DNA of 30,952 nt from Candidatus Micrarchaeota archaeon (GTDB lineage: Archaea; Aenigmatarchaeota; Aenigmatarchaeia; Aenigmatarchaeales; JAADFI01), in the NCBI GenBank assembly GCA_013152905.1, contig JAADFI010000013.1:1-30952 (forward strand). The letters run 5' to 3'. Within the stretch, counting starts at the first letter, position 1; each line of letters starts with the position of its first letter. The notes below the pieces were generated by a model. It ran no database searches. It saw nothing but the letters and a program-made list of their open reading frames with translations, and was not told where the DNA came from. Below, piece after piece: positions 16,722 through 25,589 of the stretch. Both the position numbers and the translations under genes were made by a program.

Positions 16722-19199
16722 TCACCCTACAACGTTTTTTGCTATCATTCTGACATCCAGTTTACCCCAATCGGACTTGGACGGGTCTATTCCGTCCTCG
16801 CCCGCCAGGAACTGTATTATTATTTTCCTGTTGTCCCTCACGGTCATATCGTATTCCAGTCTCAGATCCTGAAGCGCGTTCATCAGACGTCTCTCCATGT
16901 ATCCGGAATGCTTCGTCCTCAGGGATTTATCCATGAGACCTTCCCTTCCCGACATGGCATCGAAAAAGAATTCGAATATGTTTTCGCCCGTCTTGTACGA
17001 ATTGGTGACGAACCCGTGGGCCTCGGCGGAAAGTTCACCGGGCCTGAAGTGCGAAAGAGTTCTGTTTCTGTAACCCCTGTGAACCCTTTCACCGAAAACT
17101 GTCATCTGTCCGACGCATCCGGAGATCTGAACGAGCTGAACTATTCCTCCTCTGGCACCGGACCTGGCCATAATTACTGCTTCGTTTTCCGGAAGGTCCG
17201 CAGCGACTATTTCTCCGGAAACGTCGAGAACCCTTTTCAGTGTATTGAGAATATGCATTTCCAGGCTCTGCTTCTCGGTCAAACCGGGAAGAATCTCTAT
17301 CTCGCCCTTCTCGTATTTTTCTATGAGTTTTTTAACTTCCTGCTTCGCGGACTCGATGTGTCTTGAAATCTTCTTTCTGGCATCTTCCGAGATTTCGAAA
17401 TCGTCAAGACCTATCGTAAAGCCGCGTTTCTGAAGGTAGAGAATTCCGAGCTGTGAAACCCTGTCTATGAACCTGTGCGCTTCCTCGGTGCCGAAGTTCT
17501 TTTCTATGGAATCTATCAACCGACCGCTTTCTCCTCCTATTGCCTTTGCATCTATCACACCGGTTTTAAGCTTCCCGTTTTTAATAACAACGTAACAATC
17601 GTACTCGCAGTTTTCCTTTTTGCACTTCCTGCATCCACGACACGCCTTGGCTCTAAATTCTATGTTGAGACCTTCGGGAAGGATGTAGGAAAACACCTCC
17701 TTTCCGCTGAGTTTCTCCTTTTTTATTTCTGGTACAACTCCTATCGAACACAGGAGCTCGAACGCTTCGCTTCTGGTTAATCTGGTTTCCTTTCTCGTGA
17801 GAAGGTAGTTACCGGAAATATGGTCCTGCTTACATCCGATTATCGGCCCGCCGAATCTCGGGGATCTTATGTGTCTCTGGACCTCCATGAGAAGCTCGGC
17901 CTCGGTTCTGGCTTCTATACTCTGCGGTACGTGAAGGTTCATTTCATCTCCGTCGAAGTCCGCATTGTACGGCGGGGTCGTACAGAGATTGAGCGTGAAT
18001 GTTCTCCAGGGAGTAACACGAACCCTGTGCGCCATCATGCTCATTCTGTGAAGCGAAGGCTGCCTGTTGAAAAGCACCACATCACCGTTCAGCAGGTGCC
18101 GTTCGACCACGTATCCCTCGGAAATTTCCTCGGCAATCTCCTCAGCGTTTTCCTTTGTTATCCTTTTCCTCCTTCCGTCCGGCCTGATTATATAATTCGC
18201 GCCCGGCCACTCATCGGCATTTCTAACGAGTTTTTTCAGCTCTTCGATATTGTCCTTTCTCACAGTCTCGGGAACGGTCAGCTCCTTGGCTATAACAACA
18301 GGGACACCGACCTCGTTTATCGAAATGAACGGGTCCGGAGAGATAACGGTTCTGGCCGAGAAGTTCACTCTTTTCCCGGCAAGGTTGTGCCTGAATCTTC
18401 CTTCCTTGGTTTTCAGTCTCTGGGAAAGCGTTTTCAGAGGCCGACCGCTTCTGTGCCTTGCCTGCGGCACACCGGCGAGCTCGTTGTCGAAATACGTCGC
18501 AACGTGATACTGAAGAAGCTCCCACAGGTCATCGATAATGAAGTCCGGTGCACCGATGATTATGTTATCTTTCAGATGCTGGTTTATTTTTATTATGTCA
18601 GCAAGCTTGTGCGTAAGATCATCCTCGCTCCTGTCGCCGGATTCCAGAGTGATGGAAGGTCTCATCGTAACGGGCGGCACGGGAAGAACGGTGAGAACAA
18701 GCCATTCCGGACGTCCGCCTTTAAAACCGATTTTTTCGAGATCCTCGTCTGGTATTTTTTCGAGCCTTTCCCGTATCTCAACGGGTGTGAGATTTTTTCC
18801 GTCCTCTCTGAAGGTAAACGGCTTCTCGAATTTTATTTTTTTCTGCTCCTCGCCACAGTGAGGACATTTCTTCTTTCCGTCTTCACCGAGGTACCTTCCG
18901 CACGAAGAACAGAAGGTTTTCAAAAGATTGAATATGAGCTTTGCGTGTAAAACATGGATTACGGGTCTGACGAGTTCTATGTATCCGAAGTGTCCCGGAC
19001 ACTCACCCGCCCTCGCACCGCAGGTTCTGCACCTCAGTCCCGGATCTATGACACCGAGTCTCGGGTCCATGATTCCGCCTTCCACCGGGAAACCGTCTAT
19101 ATCGTACAGCTCGGGTTTGGTTATTTCAACTACCGCAAGTTTTTTTATCATTTCCGGTGACAGCAGCCTGAACTCTATCGATTCTATCATATTTCCCAC
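16722..19199 (-). CDS. rpoA1: DNA-directed RNA polymerase subunit A'
   Basis: CPGHFG, GRFR.NL.GKRVNFSARTVISPDP, FNRQPSLH, catalytic YNADFDGDEMN, GREGL.D, SGYMERRL..AL.DL. Confidence 0.97.
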   Translation of the reverse strand: MGNMIESIEFRLLSPEMIKKLAVVEITKPELYDIDGFPVEGGIMDPRLGVIDPGLRCRTCGARAGECPGHFGYIELVRPVIHVLHAKLIFNLLKTFCSSCGRYLGEDGKKKCPHCGEEQKKIKFEKPFTFREDGKNLTPVEIRERLEKIPDEDLEKIGFKGGRPEWLVLTVLPVPPVTMRPSITLESGDRSEDDLTHKLADIIKINQHLKDNIIIGAPDFIIDDLWELLQYHVATYFDNELAGVPQARHRSGRPLKTLSQRLKTKEGRFRHNLAGKRVNFSARTVISPDPFISINEVGVPVVIAKELTVPETVRKDNIEELKKLVRNADEWPGANYIIRPDGRRKRITKENAEEIAEEISEGYVVERHLLNGDVVLFNRQPSLHRMSMMAHRVRVTPWRTFTLNLCTTPPYNADFDGDEMNLHVPQSIEARTEAELLMEVQRHIRSPRFGGPIIGCKQDHISGNYLLTRKETRLTRSEAFELLCSIGVVPEIKKEKLSGKEVFSYILPEGLNIEFRAKACRGCRKCKKENCEYDCYVVIKNGKLKTGVIDAKAIGGESGRLIDSIEKNFGTEEAHRFIDRVSQLGILYLQKRGFTIGLDDFEISEDARKKISRHIESAKQEVKKLIEKYEKGEIEILPGLTEKQSLEMHILNTLKRVLDVSGEIVAADLPENEAVIMARSGARGGIVQLVQISGCVGQMTVFGERVHRGYRNRTLSHFRPGELSAEAHGFVTNSYKTGENIFEFFFDAMSGREGLMDKSLRTKHSGYMERRLMNALQDLRLEYDMTVRDNRKIIIQFLAGEDGIDPSKSDWGKLDVRMIAKNVVG

Positions 19200-22100
19200 C
19201 TATTCTTTCACGTTTATTTTCGGATATATAAGCATGGCCTTGAGTTCATCGAGCAGGAGCTTGAACGCGTACGACATTTCCACCTCAGCCACGTCCGAAT
19301 CCTTACAGAGCGGGCACTGATATTTTTCTTTACCTCTCGAGAGCACCGCAATAATACCGCATTTTTTGCATATCGGAACAGTCGTTTTGTCCGATGAAAA
19401 TCTTTCCTTGAGTGTGAGCACCGCACCGTGCGCTATCAGGCAATCCTTCTCCATCTCACCGAGTCTGAGACCGCCTTCTTTTGCTCTTCCCTCTGTAGGC
19501 TGTTTTGTGAGAAGCGCCACCGGGCCTCTGGACCTCGCGTGGATTTTATCGGCCACCATGTGATCCAGTTTCTGGAAGTAAACCATGCCAGTGAATATTT
19601 CAACCTCGAAACGTTCACCCGTGGTACCGGAGTACATGACTTCCTTGCCATCGCTTCTGAAACCGAAGGATTTCAGAATTTCCTTGAGTTTTTCTTCGGT
19701 GAGATCCGAAAACGGTGAGCCGTCCAGCTTCCTTCCGGAAAGTGCCGCGGCCTTTCCCGCGAGTATCTCGAGAAGCTGTCCTATGGTCTGCCTGGTCGGA
19801 ATCGAATGTGGATTGAAGATTATATCCGGAATTATACCGGAAGACGTGAAAGGCATGTTTTCCTCATCAACTATGAGACCTATGACACCTTTCTGTCCGT
19901 GTCTCGTGGCGAACTTGTCCCCGAGTTCGGGAATTCTTTCATCCCTCACGGCGACTTTTATGAGTTTGTTTCCGTTTGCAGATTCCGTTATAAAAACTCT
20001 GTCCACGATTCCTCTCTCACCGTGTCTCAGCGTGACGGATGTCTCCCTCCTGTTGGAAATACCGGCCATGAGCTCGGTTGTGAGAAATCTCATCGGAGAT
20101 GTTCTTCCAACCAGTACATCGTTGCCACCGACCGGTACCTCGAGATTGATCGTTCCGTCCTCCGAAAGGTTTCTGTAATCCTCCTCTGTTCTGTAACCCC
20201 TGACATCCTTGTCCGGAATTCCTATTACGTCCTCCTGTCCTCCCCAGTATCTCTTCTCCTCCGCGGTGTAAACCCTGAAAAAGAACGACCTGAAAAGGCC
20301 CCTTTCGATCGAAGCCTTGTTGATCACTATTGCATCCTCCATATTGTAACCCTGGTAGGTAGCGATCGCTATTACCACGTTTTGACCGGCCGGGTGATGA
20401 TTCACACCTATAACCGGCGCGGTTTTTGAAGAGACGAGCGGCTCCTGAGGATACGTAAGCACGTTCGATTTGGTGTCGGTTCTCAGCGGGAAGCTGGACT
20501 GATAGAGACCTATGGCCTGTTCGAGCATCTTTGCTCCGAGAAGGACCCTGTCACCACGGTTGTGCTGCGGGAAGATGCAGAGACTCGCGGAGAGACCGAG
20601 AGCCACAAGAGGTGAGAGTTCAAGATGCGTGTGTCCGTCTGTAAGTTCATTCTCCGAAGCAGCAACTATTGCGTTTTCCTCTTCTTCTGCATCAAGATAC
20701 TCGATTATACCTTTTTTGATAAGATCCGACCACTTCAGCGAGCCTTCCTTTATTCTTCTGATATGTTCCTCCGTGAGCTTCGGTTTTCCGTTCTCGACAA
20801 CAACAAGCGGTCTTCTGAGTCTCCCGGCGTCAGTGTTTATTCTCACCTCGGAAATATCTTCCAAAAACGCAACGTTGACCGTGTGCGGTATGAGTCCTGA
20901 CCTCCTCTTTTTTCTGAGCTCTTCGACAAGAGCTTTTCCGTCTTCGACAGAGCCAACAGGCTGACCGTCGAGGTACACACTCACTTTTTCGGAGTTGAGC
21001 GGTGAGAGTTTCAGCGACGAAAGGAGTTTTCTCTTCTCCGAAGAGGTTAACGAACCTGTGATCTCGGCCATGAGAGCGAGATATTTTCTCAATCCTATTG
21101 TCGGTCCCTCGGGTGTTTGTGCGGGACAGAGTCTTCCGAAATGAGTTGCGTGGAGCTCTCTTGCCTCGAAGTGCTCCTGACTGGATGCGAGCGGTGAAAT
21201 AACGCTTCTCAGATGAGAAAGCGTGCGGAGATAGTTCGTTCTTTCCAGACGCTGCGATACACCGGTTCGGCCTCCGACCCAGGATCCCGTGGCAAGGGCC
21301 GACTGAACGAGGTTATTTACGGTATTTGCCTCCACGACCGTCTGGACCGGCGGAAGCTTCCCTCTTCTCACGAGCTTCTGATAGTTTCCGCTGATTTTTT
21401 TGATGAGACCCCAGTTACCCATGAGGGCGGATCTGAAAAGGACCTCGAGAAGGTCGCCGGAAAGTTTCAGGCGTTTGTTCGCATAATGGTCCAGATCATC
21501 CTCCGGGATTTTATCCTGTGCAAGCAGAATGAGTTTTTCAACTGCTTTGAGAAGGAAGATCGCCTTCTCCTTCCGTGCCTTTTTATCCTGTCCGATGTGC
21601 GGTAGAAGATATCTGTCCAGGACCTGGTCAACCCTCTCTTTCATCGTTTCCTTCGGAACCTTGAGATAGGAACCGATGTATTCCACGGCTTCTTTCTGCG
21701 TCGTTACACCGGTGAGGTAGAGATTATAGTAAAACTCTCTTATCACGTCCTCGTCCTTGGAAAGGTTTTCGATTATTTCTTTATCACTCTCCATACCCAG
21801 AGCTTTGAGCATGACGGCAACCGGCATTTTCTTTATACTCGCAAAGGTGATGTAAACCGACCCGTCGTTTTTCCTTTCTATAAGGTGTCTCTGCACGAAG
21901 CCGTTTCTCTCGGAGTTTATTCTTGCTATTTCTCTGTAATTGCCAGACTTCAATCTTTCAACTATTATTCTGTTCGGTGCTATCTCTTCTATGAGAACCA
22001 GCACCCTTTCGGTACCGTTGATTATGAAATAACCTCCCGGATCGTCCGGGTCCTCACCGGCCTTTATGAGCTCTTCTCTGCTCATTCGCGAAAGAGGACA

Positions 22101-22472
22101 AAGCTTGGATTTTACCATGACCGGAAGCGATCCTATTACAGCCTCAACAGTGTCCTGTTCCTTACCGTTCACAACAGGCGTCATTTCAAGGTATATCGGC
22201 GCTGCATATGTGAGGTCTCTTATTCTTGCTTCCATCGGAAGAATCTTTCTAACCGAGCCGTCGGCCTCCTTTATAACCGGTTCGCCAACGGTGACCTTTC
22301 CGAGCCTTATGACGAGTTCACCTATTTCCGGTACCTCGGGTCTTATCTCGCCTATCTCGTCGATTATTCTCTGAAGACCGTTTTCAACAAATTCGTTATA
22401 GCTGTCTATCTGGAAACGTACGAAGCCCTTTTCCTTTGCAAAGGATTCCAGGAGAGGCTGAAACTCGACCAT
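19200..22472 (-). CDS. rpoB: DNA-directed RNA polymerase subunit B (unsplit)
   Basis: GGYFIINGTERV, TPEGP, YLDAEEEE, GYNMEDA, GDKFATRHGQKG, QKLDHMV.DKIHARSRGP, GGLRLGEME.DC, C-terminal CxxC...CxxC. Confidence 0.97.
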   Translation of the reverse strand: MVEFQPLLESFAKEKGFVRFQIDSYNEFVENGLQRIIDEIGEIRPEVPEIGELVIRLGKVTVGEPVIKEADGSVRKILPMEARIRDLTYAAPIYLEMTPVVNGKEQDTVEAVIGSLPVMVKSKLCPLSRMSREELIKAGEDPDDPGGYFIINGTERVLVLIEEIAPNRIIVERLKSGNYREIARINSERNGFVQRHLIERKNDGSVYITFASIKKMPVAVMLKALGMESDKEIIENLSKDEDVIREFYYNLYLTGVTTQKEAVEYIGSYLKVPKETMKERVDQVLDRYLLPHIGQDKKARKEKAIFLLKAVEKLILLAQDKIPEDDLDHYANKRLKLSGDLLEVLFRSALMGNWGLIKKISGNYQKLVRRGKLPPVQTVVEANTVNNLVQSALATGSWVGGRTGVSQRLERTNYLRTLSHLRSVISPLASSQEHFEARELHATHFGRLCPAQTPEGPTIGLRKYLALMAEITGSLTSSEKRKLLSSLKLSPLNSEKVSVYLDGQPVGSVEDGKALVEELRKKRRSGLIPHTVNVAFLEDISEVRINTDAGRLRRPLVVVENGKPKLTEEHIRRIKEGSLKWSDLIKKGIIEYLDAEEEENAIVAASENELTDGHTHLELSPLVALGLSASLCIFPQHNRGDRVLLGAKMLEQAIGLYQSSFPLRTDTKSNVLTYPQEPLVSSKTAPVIGVNHHPAGQNVVIAIATYQGYNMEDAIVINKASIERGLFRSFFFRVYTAEEKRYWGGQEDVIGIPDKDVRGYRTEEDYRNLSEDGTINLEVPVGGNDVLVGRTSPMRFLTTELMAGISNRRETSVTLRHGERGIVDRVFITESANGNKLIKVAVRDERIPELGDKFATRHGQKGVIGLIVDEENMPFTSSGIIPDIIFNPHSIPTRQTIGQLLEILAGKAAALSGRKLDGSPFSDLTEEKLKEILKSFGFRSDGKEVMYSGTTGERFEVEIFTGMVYFQKLDHMVADKIHARSRGPVALLTKQPTEGRAKEGGLRLGEMEKDCLIAHGAVLTLKERFSSDKTTVPICKKCGIIAVLSRGKEKYQCPLCKDSDVAEVEMSYAFKLLLDELKAMLIYPKINVKE

Positions 22473-22708
22473 CAGCTCTTCACCACGAGTCTGTAATAGA
22501 AGCTTTTCCCGGCTGTCGGACTTTTTCGGGTGATTTTAATCACATCACCTTCCTTCGCGCCGAGAGCCTTCACCACGGGGTCGTTGAGGAGTATTTTCGG
22601 CAGCTGTTTTTCGGATATGTTTAAAGTCTCAAGTAACCTTTTCTTCTCTTCCTCTGAAAGAATTTCATGCTTCGGTACTAGGACGTGTTCAAGAACATTA
22701 AGCGCCAA
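22472..22708 (-). CDS. rpoH: DNA-directed RNA polymerase subunit H (Rpo5)
   Basis: [19 protein letters not shown]...[24 protein letters not shown]...YYRLVV. TTG start at 22708 chosen because GGTGG lies just upstream. Confidence 0.95.
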   Translation of the reverse strand: MALNVLEHVLVPKHEILSEEEKKRLLETLNISEKQLPKILLNDPVVKALGAKEGDVIKITRKSPTAGKSFYYRLVVKS

Positions 22709-22749
22709 CCAACCACCGACCCGTAGTAGTATTATCAAATATACAACCG

Positions 22750-22763
22750 AACTTTATAAAGTT
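22750..22763. promoter_or_regulatory. rpo-operon TATA box inside a perfect 14-bp palindrome, with BRE-like CCGAAAA on the minus strand
   Basis: AACTTTATAAAGTT is its own reverse complement. The minus strand reads CCGAAAA-CTTTATAAAG upstream of rpoH. Confidence 0.6.
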
Positions 22764-22928
22764 TTCGGTCGTTTTTGCCGTTTCGGTGCTTCTGCATCCA
22801 TTATGTGATGTTACGACAACCCTTTCCTTGATACAGGACCCGGTTCAACGGACTTTGTTTCGGCTGCAGTATGCGGATAAGTTCGAGAATCCGCTTCCTA
22901 TTCGCTGATCCGTTAACCTGGATTTACT

Positions 22929-24335
22929 TCAGTAACATCTTGCGAAGTAAAGATAAGTTGTAGACTCCGAGCCGCATATACATGGTTCTGCAGGTTTTTC
23001 GTCATCTTTGAACCCTAAAGCTTCACCCGGTAGCTTTTCTTGCAAATTTTCCCCGCATTCGTCCTTGCCGCACCACGGAATTTTCACAATTCCTCCTTTT
23101 TCTATCATCTTTTTAGCCTCTTCTTCTGAAAAAGCTGTTTTTATAAATTGCGCGAATCCATTTTTTGCTTTTTCGGATATGTTTTTTTGTATTTCTGAAA
23201 GTATTCTGAAAATTTCCTTCTTAATTCTGGAATCTTCAACTTTGATTTTTTCGCCCGTATCTCTTCTTGCAAGAGTGACAAAATTTTTCTTCACCTCCTT
23301 TTCGCCGACTTCAATTCTAATGGGAACACCCTTAGCTTCCCAGTGATAATATTTTTCGCCCGGTCTCACATCCCGCTCATCGATAACGACCCGCAGACCT
23401 TCGAGAAAGCTCGTTATCTTTTTGATTTTTTCATCCACTCCCTTTCCCGGTATCGGAACCACAACTACCTGCACGGGGGCTATATCAGGCGGTAAAACCA
23501 ACCCCTTATCGTCGCCGTGGATAGCTACCACCGCACCTAAAACCCGCTCTGAAATCCCATAACACGTTTGCCATACCAATCTCTTTTCTTCATTTCTATC
23601 CATAAATTCTATGTTAAAGACCTTTGCAAACTTCTGACCAAGATTTATGACTGATGCAAGCTCGAGGGCTTTTCCGTCAGGAAGAACCGTAACAAAATCA
23701 TAGTTATATTCCGCGCCTGCAAATGTATCCCAGGAAGGAGTTTTCAGTAATATAAAAGGTATACCCAACCACTCGAAAAACTCGGTGTAAATTTTTATCG
23801 CTTCTTTTATCTGTTCATCAGCCTCCTGTCTGGTTTCGTGAGCTGTATGGGCCTCCTTAAAAAAGACTATTTCCCTTACTCTGAGAAGAGGTTTTGTCAT
23901 TTTCGTTTCCCATCTGAAAATCGGCACGACCTGGAATATTTTGAGCGGGAGATCTCTCCACGATCTTATCCATAAAGAAAACATGTAATACATTATGGTT
24001 TCGCTGGTTGGTCTGACCACGAGCTCCTCGGAAAGTTTTCGTTTCCCGGTTCTAGTTACTCTTAAGGACTCACCGGAAAATCCTTTCAGAAACTCGGCCT
24101 CTTTCGAAAATATACTTATCGGCGAAAAGAGGGGAAAATAAGCTTCTTCGTGACCGCTCTTTTCCATGAGCTTTTTCATTTTATCCATTAAAAGTTTCAT
24201 GAGTTTCATACCGAAAGGTCTCCATACATATACGCCTTTCAGCGGATATCTGTGGTCTATTATTTCCGAATAGAAAAGCACACGTTCAAACCATTCCGTG
24301 AAATCCTTTTTCTTTACACCCAGCTTTTCGCTCAA
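22929..24335 (-). CDS. proS: Proline--tRNA ligase, archaeal/eukaryotic type
   Basis: DFTEWF, YPLKG.YVW, RPTSET.MY, WIRSWRDLP, FRWETK...PLLRVRE, NLGQKFAK, QTCYGISER, HGDDKGLVLPP, WCG..EC..C.CG, FARCY end. Start TTG 24335 (after GGTGG) or ATG 24353. Confidence 0.95.
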   Translation of the reverse strand: MSEKLGVKKKDFTEWFERVLFYSEIIDHRYPLKGVYVWRPFGMKLMKLLMDKMKKLMEKSGHEEAYFPLFSPISIFSKEAEFLKGFSGESLRVTRTGKRKLSEELVVRPTSETIMYYMFSLWIRSWRDLPLKIFQVVPIFRWETKMTKPLLRVREIVFFKEAHTAHETRQEADEQIKEAIKIYTEFFEWLGIPFILLKTPSWDTFAGAEYNYDFVTVLPDGKALELASVINLGQKFAKVFNIEFMDRNEEKRLVWQTCYGISERVLGAVVAIHGDDKGLVLPPDIAPVQVVVVPIPGKGVDEKIKKITSFLEGLRVVIDERDVRPGEKYYHWEAKGVPIRIEVGEKEVKKNFVTLARRDTGEKIKVEDSRIKKEIFRILSEIQKNISEKAKNGFAQFIKTAFSEEEAKKMIEKGGIVKIPWCGKDECGENLQEKLPGEALGFKDDEKPAEPCICGSESTTYLYFARCY

Positions 24336-24383
24336 AACACCACCGAAAACCATTAAAATACAGTTAATATATATTGTTTTCGG

Positions 24384-25589
24384 GTGGGAAGATTGAAGAT
24401 CGTGATGTTTTCGGACTGCCATTGCGGATTCGATTTCGGCGGCGAACGCGGGGAGGACCCGTTCGAAACGCTCGATGAAGCTATTTCGAAAAATCTCGAC
24501 GCCGACCTCGTAATCATCGCCGGTGACCTTTTCGACACCCGTGTGCCGAAACAGGAGGTTTTTGCACGTACCGCGAGAATTCTCTCCAAAACCAGAAACG
24601 TCCCGTGTGCAACGAAACTCATCGAAACGATCGGAAAGGACCGGAGCGAGATCTCTCCGCTCGCGCTGATGGGAATTCCTGTAGTGGTGATCCACGGAAC
24701 GCACGAAAGAAGAAGTATCCATATGGTGAATCCGATTCAGGCCCTGGAACACGCGGGTCTCGTGATACACCTCCACAGGTCTTCGGTCGTGTTCGAAATC
24801 GACGGAAAAAAAGTTGCGGTCCACGGATTTTCCGGTGTTCCGGACAGGTATGCATTCGATATTCTGAAGGAATGGAGCCCCAAACCGGTGGAAGACGCAA
24901 TCAACATTTTCGTTTTTCATCAATCCGTAAAGGAATACGTGTACTCGCCGCTCGACCCACCTTCCCTGAGTCTCGACGATCTGCCCGACGGATTCGATCT
25001 TTACGTTCTCGGCCATCTGCACTGGCACGAAATCAAAGACCTGAAAGGAGGTAAACTCGTCCTAACGGGAAGCACGGTACCGACATCCTCGCACGTCTCG
25101 GAATCCGACACGAAGGGTTACGTTGTTTTCGACGGCAGGAATGTACAGTTCGTTCCGTTCGCCAGTCAGAGAAAGGTTTACAGGGTGGACCTGAAATACA
25201 CGGACGATGTTCTCGAAGTAATCAACCGGCGCCTGGAGGAAATTTCCTCACAACCTCACGATAAAAAACCGGTTGTATGGGTCAAAATCAGGGGAACCGT
25301 TCCGCAGGGTTCGAGCATACCGGATTTTTCGGTTTTCCAGAAAAAGTTTTCCGACAGGCTCATCGTGAGAATAAACCACTCTCTCATGACAGAGGACGCC
25401 CAGGAATCCGTGGAAGCCCTCAGACTTTTCAGGGAGGAAAAGCTTTCACCGGAGGAACACGGCCTCGCGCTGCTGAGAAAAAACCTGGAAACCGCCGGAT
25501 GTAAAATAAACATCGATGAACTCTTCGATTTTCTGGTTGAAGGAAACGTCGATGAGGCATTCACGCTTCTTGCGGGTGGTAGAAAATGA
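24384..25589 (+). CDS. mre11: Mre11 DNA double-strand-break repair nuclease
   Basis: Phosphoesterase motifs SDCHCG, AGDLFD, HGTHE, FHQ, LGHLH; overlaps the rad50 start. Confidence 0.88.
   Translation: MGRLKIVMFSDCHCGFDFGGERGEDPFETLDEAISKNLDADLVIIAGDLFDTRVPKQEVFARTARILSKTRNVPCATKLIETIGKDRSEISPLALMGIPVVVIHGTHERRSIHMVNPIQALEHAGLVIHLHRSSVVFEIDGKKVAVHGFSGVPDRYAFDILKEWSPKPVEDAINIFVFHQSVKEYVYSPLDPPSLSLDDLPDGFDLYVLGHLHWHEIKDLKGGKLVLTGSTVPTSSHVSESDTKGYVVFDGRNVQFVPFASQRKVYRVDLKYTDDVLEVINRRLEEISSQPHDKKPVVWVKIRGTVPQGSSIPDFSVFQKKFSDRLIVRINHSLMTEDAQESVEALRLFREEKLSPEEHGLALLRKNLETAGCKINIDELFDFLVEGNVDEAFTLLAGGRK

Noticed and set aside
17820-18950. 376-aa + strand ORF, and other long antisense ORFs over rpoB, rad50, pelota and HAD
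   Set aside because: Shadow frames of well-conserved genes, with no motifs and atypical composition.
22780-22900. RNase P RNA on the minus strand (AAAGTCCG, GGATGCAG, GCAGAAG)
   Set aside because: GAGG of CR-I is missing, there is no P4 complement, and the region is too short; kept only as a generic structured-RNA candidate.
24354-25028. N-terminal 220+ aa extension making ProRS 699 aa
   Set aside because: It is the antisense frame of mre11; ProRS similarity starts near 24335-24353, after a TATA-like tract and SD.
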